DNA of 63,854 bases, the filler included, from Octopus bimaculoides (Eukaryota), in assembly GCF_001194135.2 (NCBI RefSeq). It is 9 parts of 9 records of this genome, joined end to end, with 100 filler letters (N's around TTAATTAATTAA, not from the genome) between each part and the next. Parts side by side here need not be neighbours in the genome. Positions count along the whole stretch, not along the records: positions 37,403 to 40,256 come from NW_026428701.1; positions 40,357 to 44,351 come from NC_068983.1; positions 44,452 to 49,500 come from NW_026349560.1; positions 49,601 to 59,978 come from NC_069001.1; 5 more parts are not named here. One strand, given 5' to 3'. The position numbers and the translations under genes are program-made. The notes under the pieces were generated by a model. It worked only from the letters and a program-made list of their open reading frames with translations. It was not told the origin of the DNA and did not search any database. Shown here one piece after another: positions 39,238-51,889 of the stretch. Every line of letters starts with the position of its first letter. The stretch's first letter is position 1.

Positions 39238-39277
39238 ATATAATATTTCGGAATATAAAATGTCCTTCTTCAGATAT
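39238..39277 (-). ncRNA. Minimal hammerhead motif, third family (AUAU helix III)
   Basis: Minus strand atat-CTGAAGA-a-gga(10 nt)tcc-GAA-atat-T-atat. Confidence 0.5.
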
Positions 39278-39668
39278 TGCTAGGAATTGATCGAGTTACT
39301 GCTATAATCGGTTTTCCAACGGTTACTGGATTTTTTCGGAAGCGTCTCTGCAGTGGTCTTACGAAGCCTCTTCCGGAATTCCTCAGGAGAAGTGCGTGAG
39401 GGCAGCCATGTCTCGAGCTTGTGTGTGTTGGTATATCCGCAGCGCTGCTTCTAAGTTATGTATTATTCGTGCAGTTTTCCTTTTTATAATACCAGAACAT
39501 GTTACCAGAAATGAACTTACACTCATCCAGATATAGCTGAATTATATATTGGTTGCTAATTTCCAGCCTGTTGTTAATTTGAGGTCCTAGTCTGTCTATG
39601 AGGAATTGTACAGTTTATATATATTGGCAGGTGCTTATCTCCTTAATTGTTTTCGTGCGTTTAATTTG

Positions 39669-39955
39669 TTGCAATAAAAGGTATGTTTACATATTCAAGT
39701 AGTTAGGGAGAAAAGAAAGGTAAAATTTTCACAGAAAATTATAGCTATTAAAGTTTAAAATTTTCTAAAGATGTTCGTTTGTATGTCTGGCCAGAGAAAA
39801 CTGTAGTGCTCTTGCAATAAAAAGGATGTTTACATTTTCAATTATTCAGGGAGAAAAGAAAGAGTAGATATTCACAGAAGTTGTAAATATTAAGGTTTTT
39901 AGAAGCTTTTAAAGATGATCGTTTGTGTGGTCGTCCAGAGAAAATTCTAGAGATG
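39669..39955. repeat. ~141-bp diverged tandem dimer
   Basis: tgcaataaaa...tgtttacat...agggagaaaagaaag...ttcacagaa...aaagatg.tcgtttgt...ccagagaaaa twice. Confidence 0.8.
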
Positions 39956-40120
39956 TAAGTTTCTATCCTTATTTTGGGAGAAATTTGAAAATACCCACAG
40001 GAGATTGTAGATGTTCCAATTCCTGAAAGTTATTTTTCAGTTGTTCTGCTGGGTTGTGTTAGTGTTTCTGTCTTCGGTTACACACTGGTCTGTGCAGCCG
40101 CTGTCAAGGCTAGCGCTCTC

Positions 40121-40187
<67 letters not shown>

Positions 40188-40202
40188 CATTATCATCATC
40201 AT

Positions 40203-40256
40203 CATCACCATTATTATTATTATTGTTCAGTAGTTTTATTTTTATAACGTGCTTTC
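40203..40256 (-). mobile_element. Possible LINE 3' tip ending in (AAT)n
   Basis: gaaagcacgttataaaaataaaactactgaa running into a long (AAT)n tract 40122-40215. Confidence 0.45.
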
Positions 40257-40356
40257 NNNNNNNNNNNNNNNNNNNNNNNNNNNNNNNNNNNNNNNNNNNN
40301 TTAATTAATTAANNNNNNNNNNNNNNNNNNNNNNNNNNNNNNNNNNNNNNNNNNNN
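40257..40356. other. Artificial scaffold-concatenation linker
   Basis: 44N-TTAATTAATTAA-44N. Confidence 0.97.
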
Positions 40357-40368
40357 ATATACATATAC

Positions 40369-40437
<69 letters not shown>

Positions 40438-40655
40438 TAATAATAACAATACCACCGCTGCTAAGATTCCAACCTTCTAACCTCGCCATCGATTCCTAAA
40501 ATTTGAATGCTTAACGCCGAATACTTTAATGCTGGTACATATATGTACTATACGCTTTCATGATTTGTATATTTGTACTTCAATTGATACTGTATTTGAA
40601 TATTCCTATGATGCAAAGAGTTTTAATTTAATTAAGGGACCATTCTTGCCTATAA

Positions 40656-40690
<35 letters not shown>

Positions 40691-41044
40691 TTTATGTATA
40701 TATTAATATTATCTCAGTTATTAAAACTTTCGATAATTTAAATATGTTAATAGTTACCAGATGTAGCAAAATTACACGTTTTTGTCTTGCTATTACATGT
40801 TTTATTATGAACTCCCTGAAGAGAAATAAATTAGGAACCCAACAGCTCTTTCTTCTTTGTGAAAGCACTATAATTTATTTCGAAACATATATGTAGGAAT
40901 TAAAGGAAGTTTCAGTGACATGCGTTTTGCACCATTTATTATATATATNNNNNNNNNNNNNNNNNNNNNNNNNNNNNNNNNNNNNNNNNNNNNNNNNNNN
41001 NNNNNNNNNNNNNNNNNNNNNNNNNNNNNTATATATATATATAT

Positions 41045-43460
41045 ATATATTACTTTTACTGGATTGGGTCCATGACTGAGCTCATGCTGGTGCACCACCT
41101 GTAGTTACACGGTGTTGTTTCCGGTATTGTTTTTAGTGAAGTAGCAAGGTGAACGGAGCTGCTCTTCTTTGTGCCTCCTGCCGCGATGTGGGTTCATCTC
41201 GTATCTCAGATAGAAATCTGTCCAGACGTTGCTTTAAAACTTCCACATCAACACTATGTAGATATCCACGGTTGCCTGGCAGAATATTGAACAATTGCGC
41301 GCTCTTGAAATCCAGATTATTATTAAAATCGATGGTTGTCTCTTTTCAGAATAGATTTGTTACATTGAAAAACTCTTCAGACTTGTTTACTTGCATATTT
41401 TCCAGTGGAGAAGTGAAAGCATTTCGGACTTGTTTATTCACATATCTTCCCCGGGTCTGGAGTTAGTGAGCCGTTTTTACCAAATAGTGGCCCTAATTTA
41501 TAGCGTATTGAGGCAGACACTTTTGCCAACATGTCGAAGGCTTTAGAATTTCTTTTTATACTTTCGACTGCCAATCTTTCTCTTTCTTCTCCTTCTTTTT
41601 CATAGGAGAATTTGAGTTTATTTTCAATCTCGAAGAGTTCCTCTATCTGATGAGATTCCACACTGCCATTGAGCTGCTTATTTAAACGATCCGAGATCCT
41701 TATTCTCCCCTACATGAGTATTCTCCTGTCTCGAGGAATGACGTTTTTGAGTGTATTGGCTCTCTTCTCAGGGATATATTCAATGCTTATGTCTTGCCTT
41801 ATTGACATGAATTTATTGAGCTTCATATCTATGTCTTGCATGGAGAGGCATTTAGGCCTGTCCTGCTGGAGTATCTGATTTTCAAGTGATTTCCAGTCAG
41901 CCTTATAGAAATTTAGGCTGGATGGGGTTTGAGCACCATCTGTGCGAAGTTTATCCTTAGTTAATTCCTGACCATACATTGTCAGTTCTATCATGTTATG
42001 GTCTGAGAATATTGACAGTGATATATTTACGTTGTGGATGATTTGCATATTGTTTGTAAAACAGAGGTTCAAAATGTTATTTTACCTTGTTGGAGAGAGT
42101 ATGATTTGCTCTATGAATAGACTCTTTATCATTCCTAGGGTTGTGTTGCCCTCAGGCCACCTGTTGTTGGGGAAGTTGAAGTCAGCTATCAGGAATATAG
42201 TAGTACGTTGATCCAATTGTGTTAATACTTCTTTTATCGCACTGAGGCTTTCCTCTACTTTTCCATTATGATTTGAGGCATCAGGTGGGCAATATAGTGT
42301 GCATATCACTATATGAAGTTGCTTTAGGTGTATTATGAATATGTCACACACCGAGTTTGAGTTCGATAACAGGGTTAATGGTGTAACATCTTCGCGGATG
42401 TACATTGCAACTCCACCGTGACTTCTTTTTTCTCTGTCTGCATGGAAGATAACATACATTGGTATGTGTATCTCCGCATTATTTATGTCTGCAAACAGAG
42501 GTGTTTCTTTAAGTGCAATGCATATAGCTTGATCGCATGCAGAAAGATTCTTCAAGTGCGCAGTTTTCCATTTGAAGTTGTTCTGGAGCAGGCCTTTTAT
42601 AGCTATTAGTAGAAATGGCATTGGTGTTGGTGTTATGGGTAGCTTAGTGGCAGTAGTAGCCAACCGTGGTCAATCAATTGTGGTGGTCTTGCGAGCGAGG
42701 ATATATAGCTCAGCTTTGTCTGTAGCCATGACAACCGTTGCACTATTTCCTGTGCCACACTTAAAAAATGTTGTTGCACAACTGCTGTAGTTTGTACTGC
42801 ATCTGCAAATGACTTCTGTCTGGCCTCCTGTTCTGCAAGTTTGCGCTGGGACACAGATATTTCCAGTTGTTGGTGTTTCTTTCGTTGTGTGAGTGATGGA
42901 TTCTGCTCCAGCGCTGCGTGTGCAAAGCGGCCGTTTGTCGCAATCTCTCCATATCAGCAGACACATTTTTTTGTGTAACTCGCAGATAGAACGTTTTCTC
43001 TGAGAGGATTTGATTTGGGATTTTATTTTAGAACCATATTCGCTTAGCATTCGGCTGGTTTCTTCTTTTTCTACATAGATGCTTTGGAAGCTGTTGGGAC
43101 TGTTGTTAATTTCTATTTTTCTCGCTTCCTTCCTTGTGGAGCTTTTCATCGTTGGTGTCACTGTTGTCTCTGCTTTCTGTATGAAATTTCTCACAGAGAA
43201 CGTCATCATTTTTTTCGCCACTTTAAAAATTGATGTCCAGTTTCTCCAGGTGCAGCCGTACGAGCGCATAAGATAGGATGAACTCATTCTTCCTGCGCTC
43301 TATTTGTGCCACAGATCTGGAGAAACCACTGTTTTTCAGGGCTGCTGTAATTAGATTATTTGGTGAATCGTCTTCTGGGACTTCCCAAGCACGGGGGTAC
43401 AATTCTATCGCTGTAGACTTCCAGTTTCTTGTCATCTTCCTTGTGTTGTGTGGCTGTGGT
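41045..43460 (-). mobile_element. CR1-group LINE with ORF1 remnant, APE endonuclease and 3' terminus; RT domain missing
   Basis: EN motifs HGGVAMYIRE, LYCPPD, IADFNFP, LNLCFTNN, SDHNMIEL; FYKADW; SIKRNSKAF; then directly FKSAQLFNILP...FKQRLDRFLSEI.DEP-like C-terminus. Confidence 0.85.
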
Positions 43461-43492
43461 TGTGTTTGCAGTTGGTTTTTGAGTCCAAACAC

Positions 43493-43539
<47 letters not shown>

Positions 43540-43849
43540 AGAGGTGTGATGGGAGAATGAGTGGAGGGGAGTGTGAATATATTGGGTAGGTGAGGGGAGA
43601 AGTAAGCTGGAGGAGAGAAGAGACCAAGTGTGTAACGGGAGAAATGTGAAGGGATAGACAGGAAAGTTGAGGTAGAGAAGAGGACAGAGAGGGAATTGAG
43701 AGGGAGGCAGAGATGGGGGAAGGGTAAGTGTGCAGGGAGATGTTGGACAGGTAAGGGTGGGGGATTGGGTTGTAGGTGTGGGTGGATGGTTATAGGGAGC
43801 CAGTTGGGAAGCGAGTAAGTGGGAGTGAGAGAGAGGGGAAGAGAGAGAT

Positions 43850-44240
43850 TAGATACGCATTGATTCTAGTACAGAGAGGGATCTAACGTAGCGAGAAGAA
43901 AGAAGGATACATATTAGGAGAATGTGAGAGAAAGAGGGAGAGAGAGACTAGATACTCATTGATTCTTGTATATATAAAGAGAGAGAGAAAGGAAGATATA
44001 TCGCTAATGTGTGATTGAGACTGTAAAGTCTTTTGTAAATAAGAGCAGGGTGAAAGAGAGAAAAACAATTATACGCAAAAAAGGATGTACATTTAGAGAA
44101 TGTGAGAGAGAGACTAGATACCCATTGATTCTAGTATAAAGAGAGACATACAGACAGACATACAGACAGACAGAGTGAGAGAGAAGGATGCATCGCTAGT
44201 GTGTGAGTGAGAATGTAAATATCTTTGTAAATAAGAGTAA
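43850..44240. repeat. Diverged tandem repeats of purine-rich sequence
   Basis: agatac.cattgattct.gta occurs three times; atcgcta.tgtgtga..gaga.tgtaaa...tttgtaaataagag twice. Confidence 0.7.
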
Positions 44241-44298
44241 AGTGATGGAGAGAAAAGAAAGAGGAGAAGGATAGAAGAAAGAGGAAGTTACACATTTA

Positions 44299-44345
<47 letters not shown>

Positions 44346-44351
44346 TTTTAT

Positions 44352-44451
44352 NNNNNNNNNNNNNNNNNNNNNNNNNNNNNNNNNNNNNNNNNNNNTTAAT
44401 TAATTAANNNNNNNNNNNNNNNNNNNNNNNNNNNNNNNNNNNNNNNNNNNN
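44352..44451. other. Artificial scaffold-concatenation linker
   Basis: 44N-TTAATTAATTAA-44N. Confidence 0.97.
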
Positions 44452-45633
44452 ACTGAATATGCGGATCGTGTGTGTGTGTGTGTCTGTGTGTGTGTGTTTG
44501 TAAGCGTGCTTGTTCGTGTGTATATTATGTTTCTGGTTATGACATGTTATCCTGTATTAGTTGTATGCTATAAAAGCCAGTGCCAATTCCGAGAGAGAGA
44601 GAGAGAGAGAGAGAGTGTGCAATATCAATCCAACAGAATTAAACAAACAAAACAATGACTACTCTAGGCTTCTAGTATTTTTTTCCTTCAACCAACCAAT
44701 GACATGCCATGCTTCAAACTGATCACCGCAGCTCTCTACCACTATCTACTAGCGAATACCATACCAAATCACGCNNNNNNNNNNNNNNNNNNNNNNNNNN
44801 NNNNNNNNNNNNNNNNNNNNNNNNNNNNNNNNNNNNNNNNNNNNNNNNNNNNNNNNNNNNNNNNNNNNNNNNNNNNNNNNNNNNNNNNNNNNNNNNNNNN
44901 NNNNNNNNNNNNNNNNNNNNNNNNNNNNNNNNNNNNNNNNNNNNNNNNNNNNNNNNNNNNNNNNNNNNNNNNNNNNNNNNNNNNNNNNNNNNNNNNNNNN
45001 NNNNNNNNNNNNNNNNNNNNNNNNNNNNNNNNNNNNNNNNNNNNNNNNNNNNNNNNNNNNNNNNNNNNNNNNNNNNNNNNNNNNNNNNNNNNNNNNNNNN
45101 NNNNNNNNNNNNNNNNNNNNNNNNNNNNNNNNNNNNNNNNNNNNNNNNNNNNNNNNNNNNNNNNNNNNNNNNNNNNNNNNNNNNNNNNNNNNNNNNNNNN
45201 NNNNNNNNNNNNNNNNNNNNNNNNNNNNNNNNNNNNNNNNNNNNNNNNNNNNNNNNNNNNNNNNNNNNNNNNNNNNNNNNNNNNNNNNNNNNNNNNNNNN
45301 NNNNNNNNNNNNNNNNNNNNNNNNNNNNNNNNNNNNNNNNNNNNNNNNNNNNNNNNNNNNNNNNNNNNNNNNNNNNNNNNNNNNNNNNNNNNNNNNNNNN
45401 NNNNNNNNNNNNNNNNNNNNNNNNNNNNNNNNNNNNNNNNNNNNNNNNNNNNNNNNNNNNNNNNNNNNNNNNNNNNNNNNNNNNNNNNNNNNNNNNNNNN
45501 NNNNNNATTCTGTAATATCAATCGCCTTTCAAGATTCTATTCTGCATACAATAAGAGGTGGTCCTAAGTTATAGAAATCAATATAAAACGTTTGAATTTA
45601 TGAGGTGATAAATAAATATAGTTGGTTGGTTGG

Positions 45634-45940
45634 TTGGCACTCCGTCGGTTACGGCGACGAGGGTTCCATTTGATCGTAGTTCTCGGGGTGAGATTCAGCA
45701 TGACATAGAGTGTGACAAGGCTGGCCTTTTGAAATACAGATACAACAGAAACAGGAAGAAAGAGTGAGAGAAAGTTGTGGTGAAAGAGTCCAGCAGGGTT
45801 CGCCACTATCCTCTGCTGGAGCCTTGTGGAACTTCAGGTGTTTTCGCTCTATAAACACTCACAACGCCCGGTCTGGGAATCGAAACCGCGATCCTACGAC
45901 GGCGAGTCTGCTGCCCTAACCACTGGGACATTGCGCCTCC
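45634..45940 (-). mobile_element. tRNA-derived SINE (family C-related tail)
   Basis: Minus-strand head ggcgcaatgtcccagtggttagggcag...gtttcgattcccag; tail gaaccctcgtcgccgtaaccgacggagtgcc also at 56110-56150. Confidence 0.8.
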
Positions 45941-46382
45941 ATTAATAAACATAGTAGTCTTATAGTCTTACTGAAAAGAGCTTTTAAAAGTCAAAAGCTT
46001 TTGTTAAAGATAAAAGAAGATTCTCTTCAAAATGATCCTTTGCCACGATATTGGCTGTACTTAGGGGAAATTATTTCCTTGTGGAAATACATTTAGTATA
46101 GTTTTCTTCTCATACTTACTGTTCATTCGACTCCGCGGTCAGCAACTACTAAACAGAATTCAACAAACTGATTAAAATTTTCCGTGATAATTAAAATCTG
46201 ATTGTTGATTGGCTTTAATCCAGAAACAAATAAATATATTTCCATATACTGAATATATATTAAAATAATGAAATAGCAGTTTCTTTTTCGTTTTTAACTT
46301 TTAACATTTTATGTTTTGCATTCATCCATAATTCCATACAAATTGGTGTAATTGACGAACTGTAGGTTCGTGAAACTGTACT

Positions 46383-46438
<56 letters not shown>

Positions 46439-47459
46439 TGACGACGACGACAGGTGTTCCTTTCATCATTATATTGCTTCTGTACAAAGCAATTTATAGG
46501 TTGCATCTACTTAGACATTAGTACACTAAAAAAACGCAATAAATTATCAGGCCGACCTCGGCAGGATTTGAACCCTGGATATACTCCAGTAATCTACAAG
46601 ATGTCGATTCTTTGTGTTAACTACTGTAGTATATATATATATATATATCTACACAAACTCAGAGTACGTCCAACCAGAGTACCAGCACTCTTTTACATTT
46701 CTGTGGTGTATGTAGCCTCGTCTTTCGTTGATTCGTTCATCACCGATCGAGATAATACGGTAAGTTCAGTTGTGAACCGTGTTACGCTTATCACGGATTG
46801 ATCTGTGATAATACAGGTCAGCGATCACTTTCAGATTCCACTGCTATCAGAAAAACGCATGCTACACACTCAAATATAAGACCTAATGGCTATAGTTAGA
46901 ACAGCCCTAATTGATAGGCCACTATATCAGCAGAGCTGAAGCAACAATAAGAGATGTTCACTTCCTTATTACTGAAGTCTTTGAAAACATATTTAGCCTG
47001 AAAGAGTTAGAGTAGCCTGAAGACTGGATTTGTGTGTGTTCCTGTCAATTGTGTTCCCTAGCAACAGTATTTCCATTTCCTTTAGGAATTTCTTACACTG
47101 TAAGTTATTTATAGAGGCAGGTAGTCTATGTAAAGCAATTATCAACTGGATTGTAATACATTACAAGTAACAAGGCAACGAGCTGGCAGAATCGTTAGAG
47201 CGCCGGACAAAATGCTCAGTGGCATTTCGTCCGTCTTCATGTTTTGAGTTCAAATTCCGTCGAGGTTNNNNNNNNNNNNNNNNNNNNNNNNNNNNNNNNN
47301 NNNNNNNNNNNNNNNNNNNNNNNNNNNNNNNNNNNNNNNNNNNNNNNNNNNNNNNNNNNNNNNNNNNNNNNNNNNNNNNNNNNNNNNNNNNNNNNNNNNN
47401 NNNNNNNNNNNNNNNNNNNNNNNNNNNNNNNNNNNNNNNNNNNNNNNNTACCTGAGTCA

Positions 47460-47494
<35 letters not shown>

Positions 47495-47599
47495 CTCGAC
47501 CTGTTAGAAAAGACAGCAAAATTTCTTTCAAATCACACACTGGACGTGACAGTTATAATTACAAATTTGATCATGGTTAGGATTAAACACCAACATTTT

Positions 47600-47805
47600 C
47601 TTTTTCTAATTTTGGAACACAGTCTATAATTTTGAAAGGATAGGGCAAATCGATTATATCGTCCCGTCCCCCTTCCCCGAGTACGCAACTGGTACTTACT
47701 TTATCGACCTCGAAAATATGAAAGGCAAAGTCGACCTCAGCGGAATTTGAACTCAGAGAATAAAGATGGACGAAACGCTGCAAAGCATTCTAGACGGCAT
47801 GCTGA
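47600..47805 (-). mobile_element. SINE family B
   Basis: Same blocks; another 5' fragment at 47175-47267 (+). Confidence 0.8.
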
Positions 47806-47851
47806 CAACAACAACAACAACAACGACGACAAAATAGCATTCGCAACTTAC

Positions 47852-48281
47852 CCTGGACATAGTCCTCTTTGTTAAACTGGTTCCTCCTCTGACTGACGGG
47901 CAAAAACTCGTAGTCGTCATCGTCCTCTTCACTAGGTTTCGGTGGAACGTAGGAAGGGAAAGGATCGATGTAGGACGTATCACTGGATGGAGGAGGGCCT
48001 GGTACATAAGCCGGTGGAGCCACGTGTTGATAGTGAACGGGGGGTCCACCATTGTAGCTGCTCACTTGTTGATACGATTTGTGCGCCAGAGTGTCCTGGA
48101 CTTTATGAAGCATCTCGTTATCTTCCCAAGGTTTGCTGCTCTGTCTTTGCACGCCACCTGGTGGTGTATAACTGACACCATAACTAGGTCCACCACCGCC
48201 ATATTTCATCCCACCCTTTGGTACGTGTGGATGTGCCATTTTAGTCGGTCCTTCAAGATCTAATGGAACTGTGCGATATGT
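47852..48281 (-). CDS. Orphan coding exon, Pro/Gly/Tyr-rich low-complexity protein segment (~143 aa)
   Basis: Open, GC-richer non-repetitive frame TYRTVPLDLEGPTKMAHPHVPKGG...YEFLPVSQRRNQFNKEDYVQ; ctgat branch-like motif and ttccag acceptor at 48282; gtaagt donor at 47851. Alternative acceptors or a start at ATG 48239 are possible. Confidence 0.65.
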
Positions 48282-48573
48282 CTGGAATTTTAATCAGGTG
48301 TTTTGGATTTTCGGTCAGGATTTCATTGTGAGATTTTATTAGTTCCATTAGTGTTTCAGGGCAGATTTCAGTGGTTTTTTGGTGTAGATTTAGTGACATT
48401 TTCGTGTGGTTTCAGGTGACAGCATCGATGAGAATTGTTTAAAAAAGATGAAAAGAGAAAAATTTTTAAAAATTAATTGAATTTGGAGTAAAATATATTG
48501 GAGAATTGTTTAATTCCTGGAAAACAATCAGGTGTTTTTGTGACTTCTTGAATATGGCTTCATTTTAAGTATA

Positions 48574-48628
<55 letters not shown>

Positions 48629-48631
48629 GTG

Positions 48632-48680
<49 letters not shown>

Positions 48681-49467
48681 ACGTGCACATACGTGTGTGT
48701 GTGTGCACATGCATATATGTGTGTGTTTACATATATGTATGTGTGTGTACATACAAATATGTGTACATGTGTGTGTGTGTATACATGTATTTGTGTATAT
48801 ATGTGTGTGTGTGTGTACACATGGTTGTATATATACGTATATATGTGTGTGTATAGACATGTGCATTTACATATTTAGAAGAACATCTTTGCTTTTGTGT
48901 ATATTCATATATGAACATACGTGTGTGTGTGTACGTATTGAATATTGTACTATTTCTTCACGTATTACTTCAAATATCATTACAATTATTATTATTATTA
49001 TTATTATAATTACTGTTGTTACTACTACTATTACTACTAATAATAATAAGAATGATACAAGATTAAAATTACTTGCATAAAAAAATATACATGGATTTTC
49101 CTATATCTACGTGTGTGCGTTTCTGTGTAATTATTTACATTTCTCTATAACTGTATATGCGGATACACATGTAGATTTGATGAATGTAAGACTACATGTA
49201 CGTGTGCATGCATGTTCGCAGAGGGGTGCATGCTCGTGGTCTGTACATGATGCAATTGTTAGCTGAGGACAACAGCTACACACTATGACAATATAAACTC
49301 TGTGTGTGTGCGTGTGTGTGTGTGTGTGTGTGTAAGAGTATGTATGTATCTGTGTGTATATACATATATATATGTACATATATTATATACATATGCATAT
49401 CTATATATATATTGCATATAATGTATATATGTCGATATGTGTGTGTGTGCGTATACATGTATATATA

Positions 49468-49500
<33 letters not shown>

Positions 49501-49600
49501 NNNNNNNNNNNNNNNNNNNNNNNNNNNNNNNNNNNNNNNNNNNNTTAATTAATTAANNNNNNNNNNNNNNNNNNNNNNNNNNNNNNNNNNNNNNNNNNNN
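49501..49600. other. Artificial scaffold-concatenation linker
   Basis: 44N-TTAATTAATTAA-44N. Confidence 0.97.
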
Positions 49601-49699
49601 ATAATCTCTAGTTAGCCTCAGTTGTATCGATTGGTGATTACTTTGTACGCAAACCTGCCTTTGAATAAAATGGATTTCTGCAAATAGATTTCACGACTA

Positions 49700-51240
49700 G
49701 TCATTAGTTGGCATGTAACAAGTTAGCAGAACGGCCACCTCCACACCACCCCCCGCCACCACTGCCATAACAACAACAACAACAACACTGCACTATGACA
49801 GATGCACCACCACCATCACTACCACCAACAGCAACATAAGCCAATGGCAATACCACGACCACTACCACCAACACTACTACCTCCACTAGTAACAATAGCA
49901 AGAACAATGCAGTTATGATAACAACTGTAACAGCAGCAACTACAACCACCAACACCACCACCAGAAACAGAGTCATTACTATTCATACTACCACCATGAC
50001 TGGCACAACATCCAACCGCATCGCCATGACTGATACTACTGCCACCATCATTCTCGCCACCACCACCACCACCACCACCACTACCATGAACCCCCATCTT
50101 TAACTGAGACCACTGGCACCATCAATACTACTGCCACATCTACCATCAGTAACTGACACCTCAGCCACCATCATCATTGTCATCACGACCACTACATGCC
50201 AATCCTGTTGCCATCACTAAGTGGTACCACTGCCAATACCTCACACACCACCACCATCATCATTATCACCACTGATCAACTGCCAACACCATCACCAACA
50301 AACACTTTCGTCACCCACCACCATCACCATTACCACCAAACTCCAACACCACCACCGACACCAACCGCTACCACCTTTGCCACTGTCATCAGCACCACCA
50401 CCACCACCACCACCATAACAACTACCACCAACGACACNNNNNNNNNNNNNNNNNNNNNNNNNNNNNNNNNNNNNNNNNNNNNNNNNNNNNNNNNNNNNNN
50501 NNNNNNNNNNNNNNNNNNNNNNNNNNNNNNNNNNNNNNNNNNNNNNNNNNNNNNNNNNNNNNNNNNNNNNNNNNNNNNNNNNNNNNNNNNNNNNNNNNNN
50601 NNNNNNNNNNNNNNNNNNNNNNNNNNNNNNNNNNNNNNNNNNNNNNNNNNNNNNNNNNNNNNNNNNNNNNNNNNNGCGAAGATGTTAAAAGATGGTGCAA
50701 CTTACTTAACCTGTCTCCCCTCTTACAATCTGCGGTTCCACGTTAACGTTAATGTTAGCTGCTGTAATGACGCCAGGGCTTAAGTGATTGCCAAAAACTT
50801 GAAGGCAGGTGAGGGATCTAATCAACACCGGCGCCACCATAATCATCATTATCTTAAGCACCACCAACACCACCACAACCATTATCACTGCCACCACCAC
50901 CATCATCATCATCACAACCATCGTCATCATCATCAGCTCTACTGCCACCAGAATCTACCATCACCACTACCACTATTATTAGTACCACCATCATCATCAT
51001 CATCATCATCAGAACCATTATCATCAGCTCCACTGCCACCAGACTCCACAATCACCACCACCACCACCACTACCACCACCACAGCCAACACCATCATTAT
51101 TTCTGCCAACTTCATCAACATCATCACTAACGCCCTCACTGTTATAATCAGCATCTCCATAAAATTTATCATCATCATCATCATCATCAGTAGCAGCAAT
51201 CAACATCAAGCCCTCAGTCACCTTGTCTCTCACCTCTCAA
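49700..51240. repeat. Degenerate (ACC/CAT)n cryptic-simplicity field
   Basis: Direct reading. Confidence 0.85.
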
Positions 51241-51379
51241 AGAATTAGCCAAATCACATAATGGACAGTAAATAATTAATAAACATATTTTACAATAGAA
51301 CAGGACATATTTAACCTGTTCACATACATAAACTGATTTATTATTATTGTTGTTGTTGTTGTTGTGGTGGTGGTGGTTG

Positions 51380-51580
51380 TTGAGTGACCAGAACTGTTAG
51401 CATGTTGGACTAAGTGCTTAGCAGCAGCTCTTTTCTGCTATTTACGTTCTGAGTTCAAATGCTGCAGAGGTCAACTTTGCCTTTCGTCCTTTCAGGGACA
51501 ATAAAATAAGTACCAGTTGAGTACTGGGGTCCATGTAATCGACTGCACCCCCCCCCCCCGCAATATTTAATGTTTTGTGC
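51380..51580 (+). mobile_element. SINE family B
   Basis: Same blocks. Confidence 0.8.
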
Positions 51581-51889
51581 TTATAGCAGAAAGAATTATT
51601 ATCATCATCATCATTTTATCACAGGTTTTGTTGGAGCCCCTTTTTGCAAGTAAGACTGTACTTCATTATTCTGACGTGACTCTATCTATCTATCTGTCTT
51701 CCTCTATCTTTCTATCTATCCCTCTATCTACCTATCTATCTTTCTTCTTACCCATCTCCCCCTCTCGCTCTGCTTCTTTCTGTTATTCTAACTTCTACTT
51801 CACTGCTATACACTCCTGTCTCTTCCTCCTTGTTCCACTTCCTCCCTCCACCATCCTCTCTGCTCTCGTGTGACCTATGGTCAACTTTC

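Noticed and set aside
49700-51248. Thr/His-rich mucin-like ORFs
   Set aside because: Degenerate ACC/CAT repeats open in several frames, interrupted by stops, without splice support.
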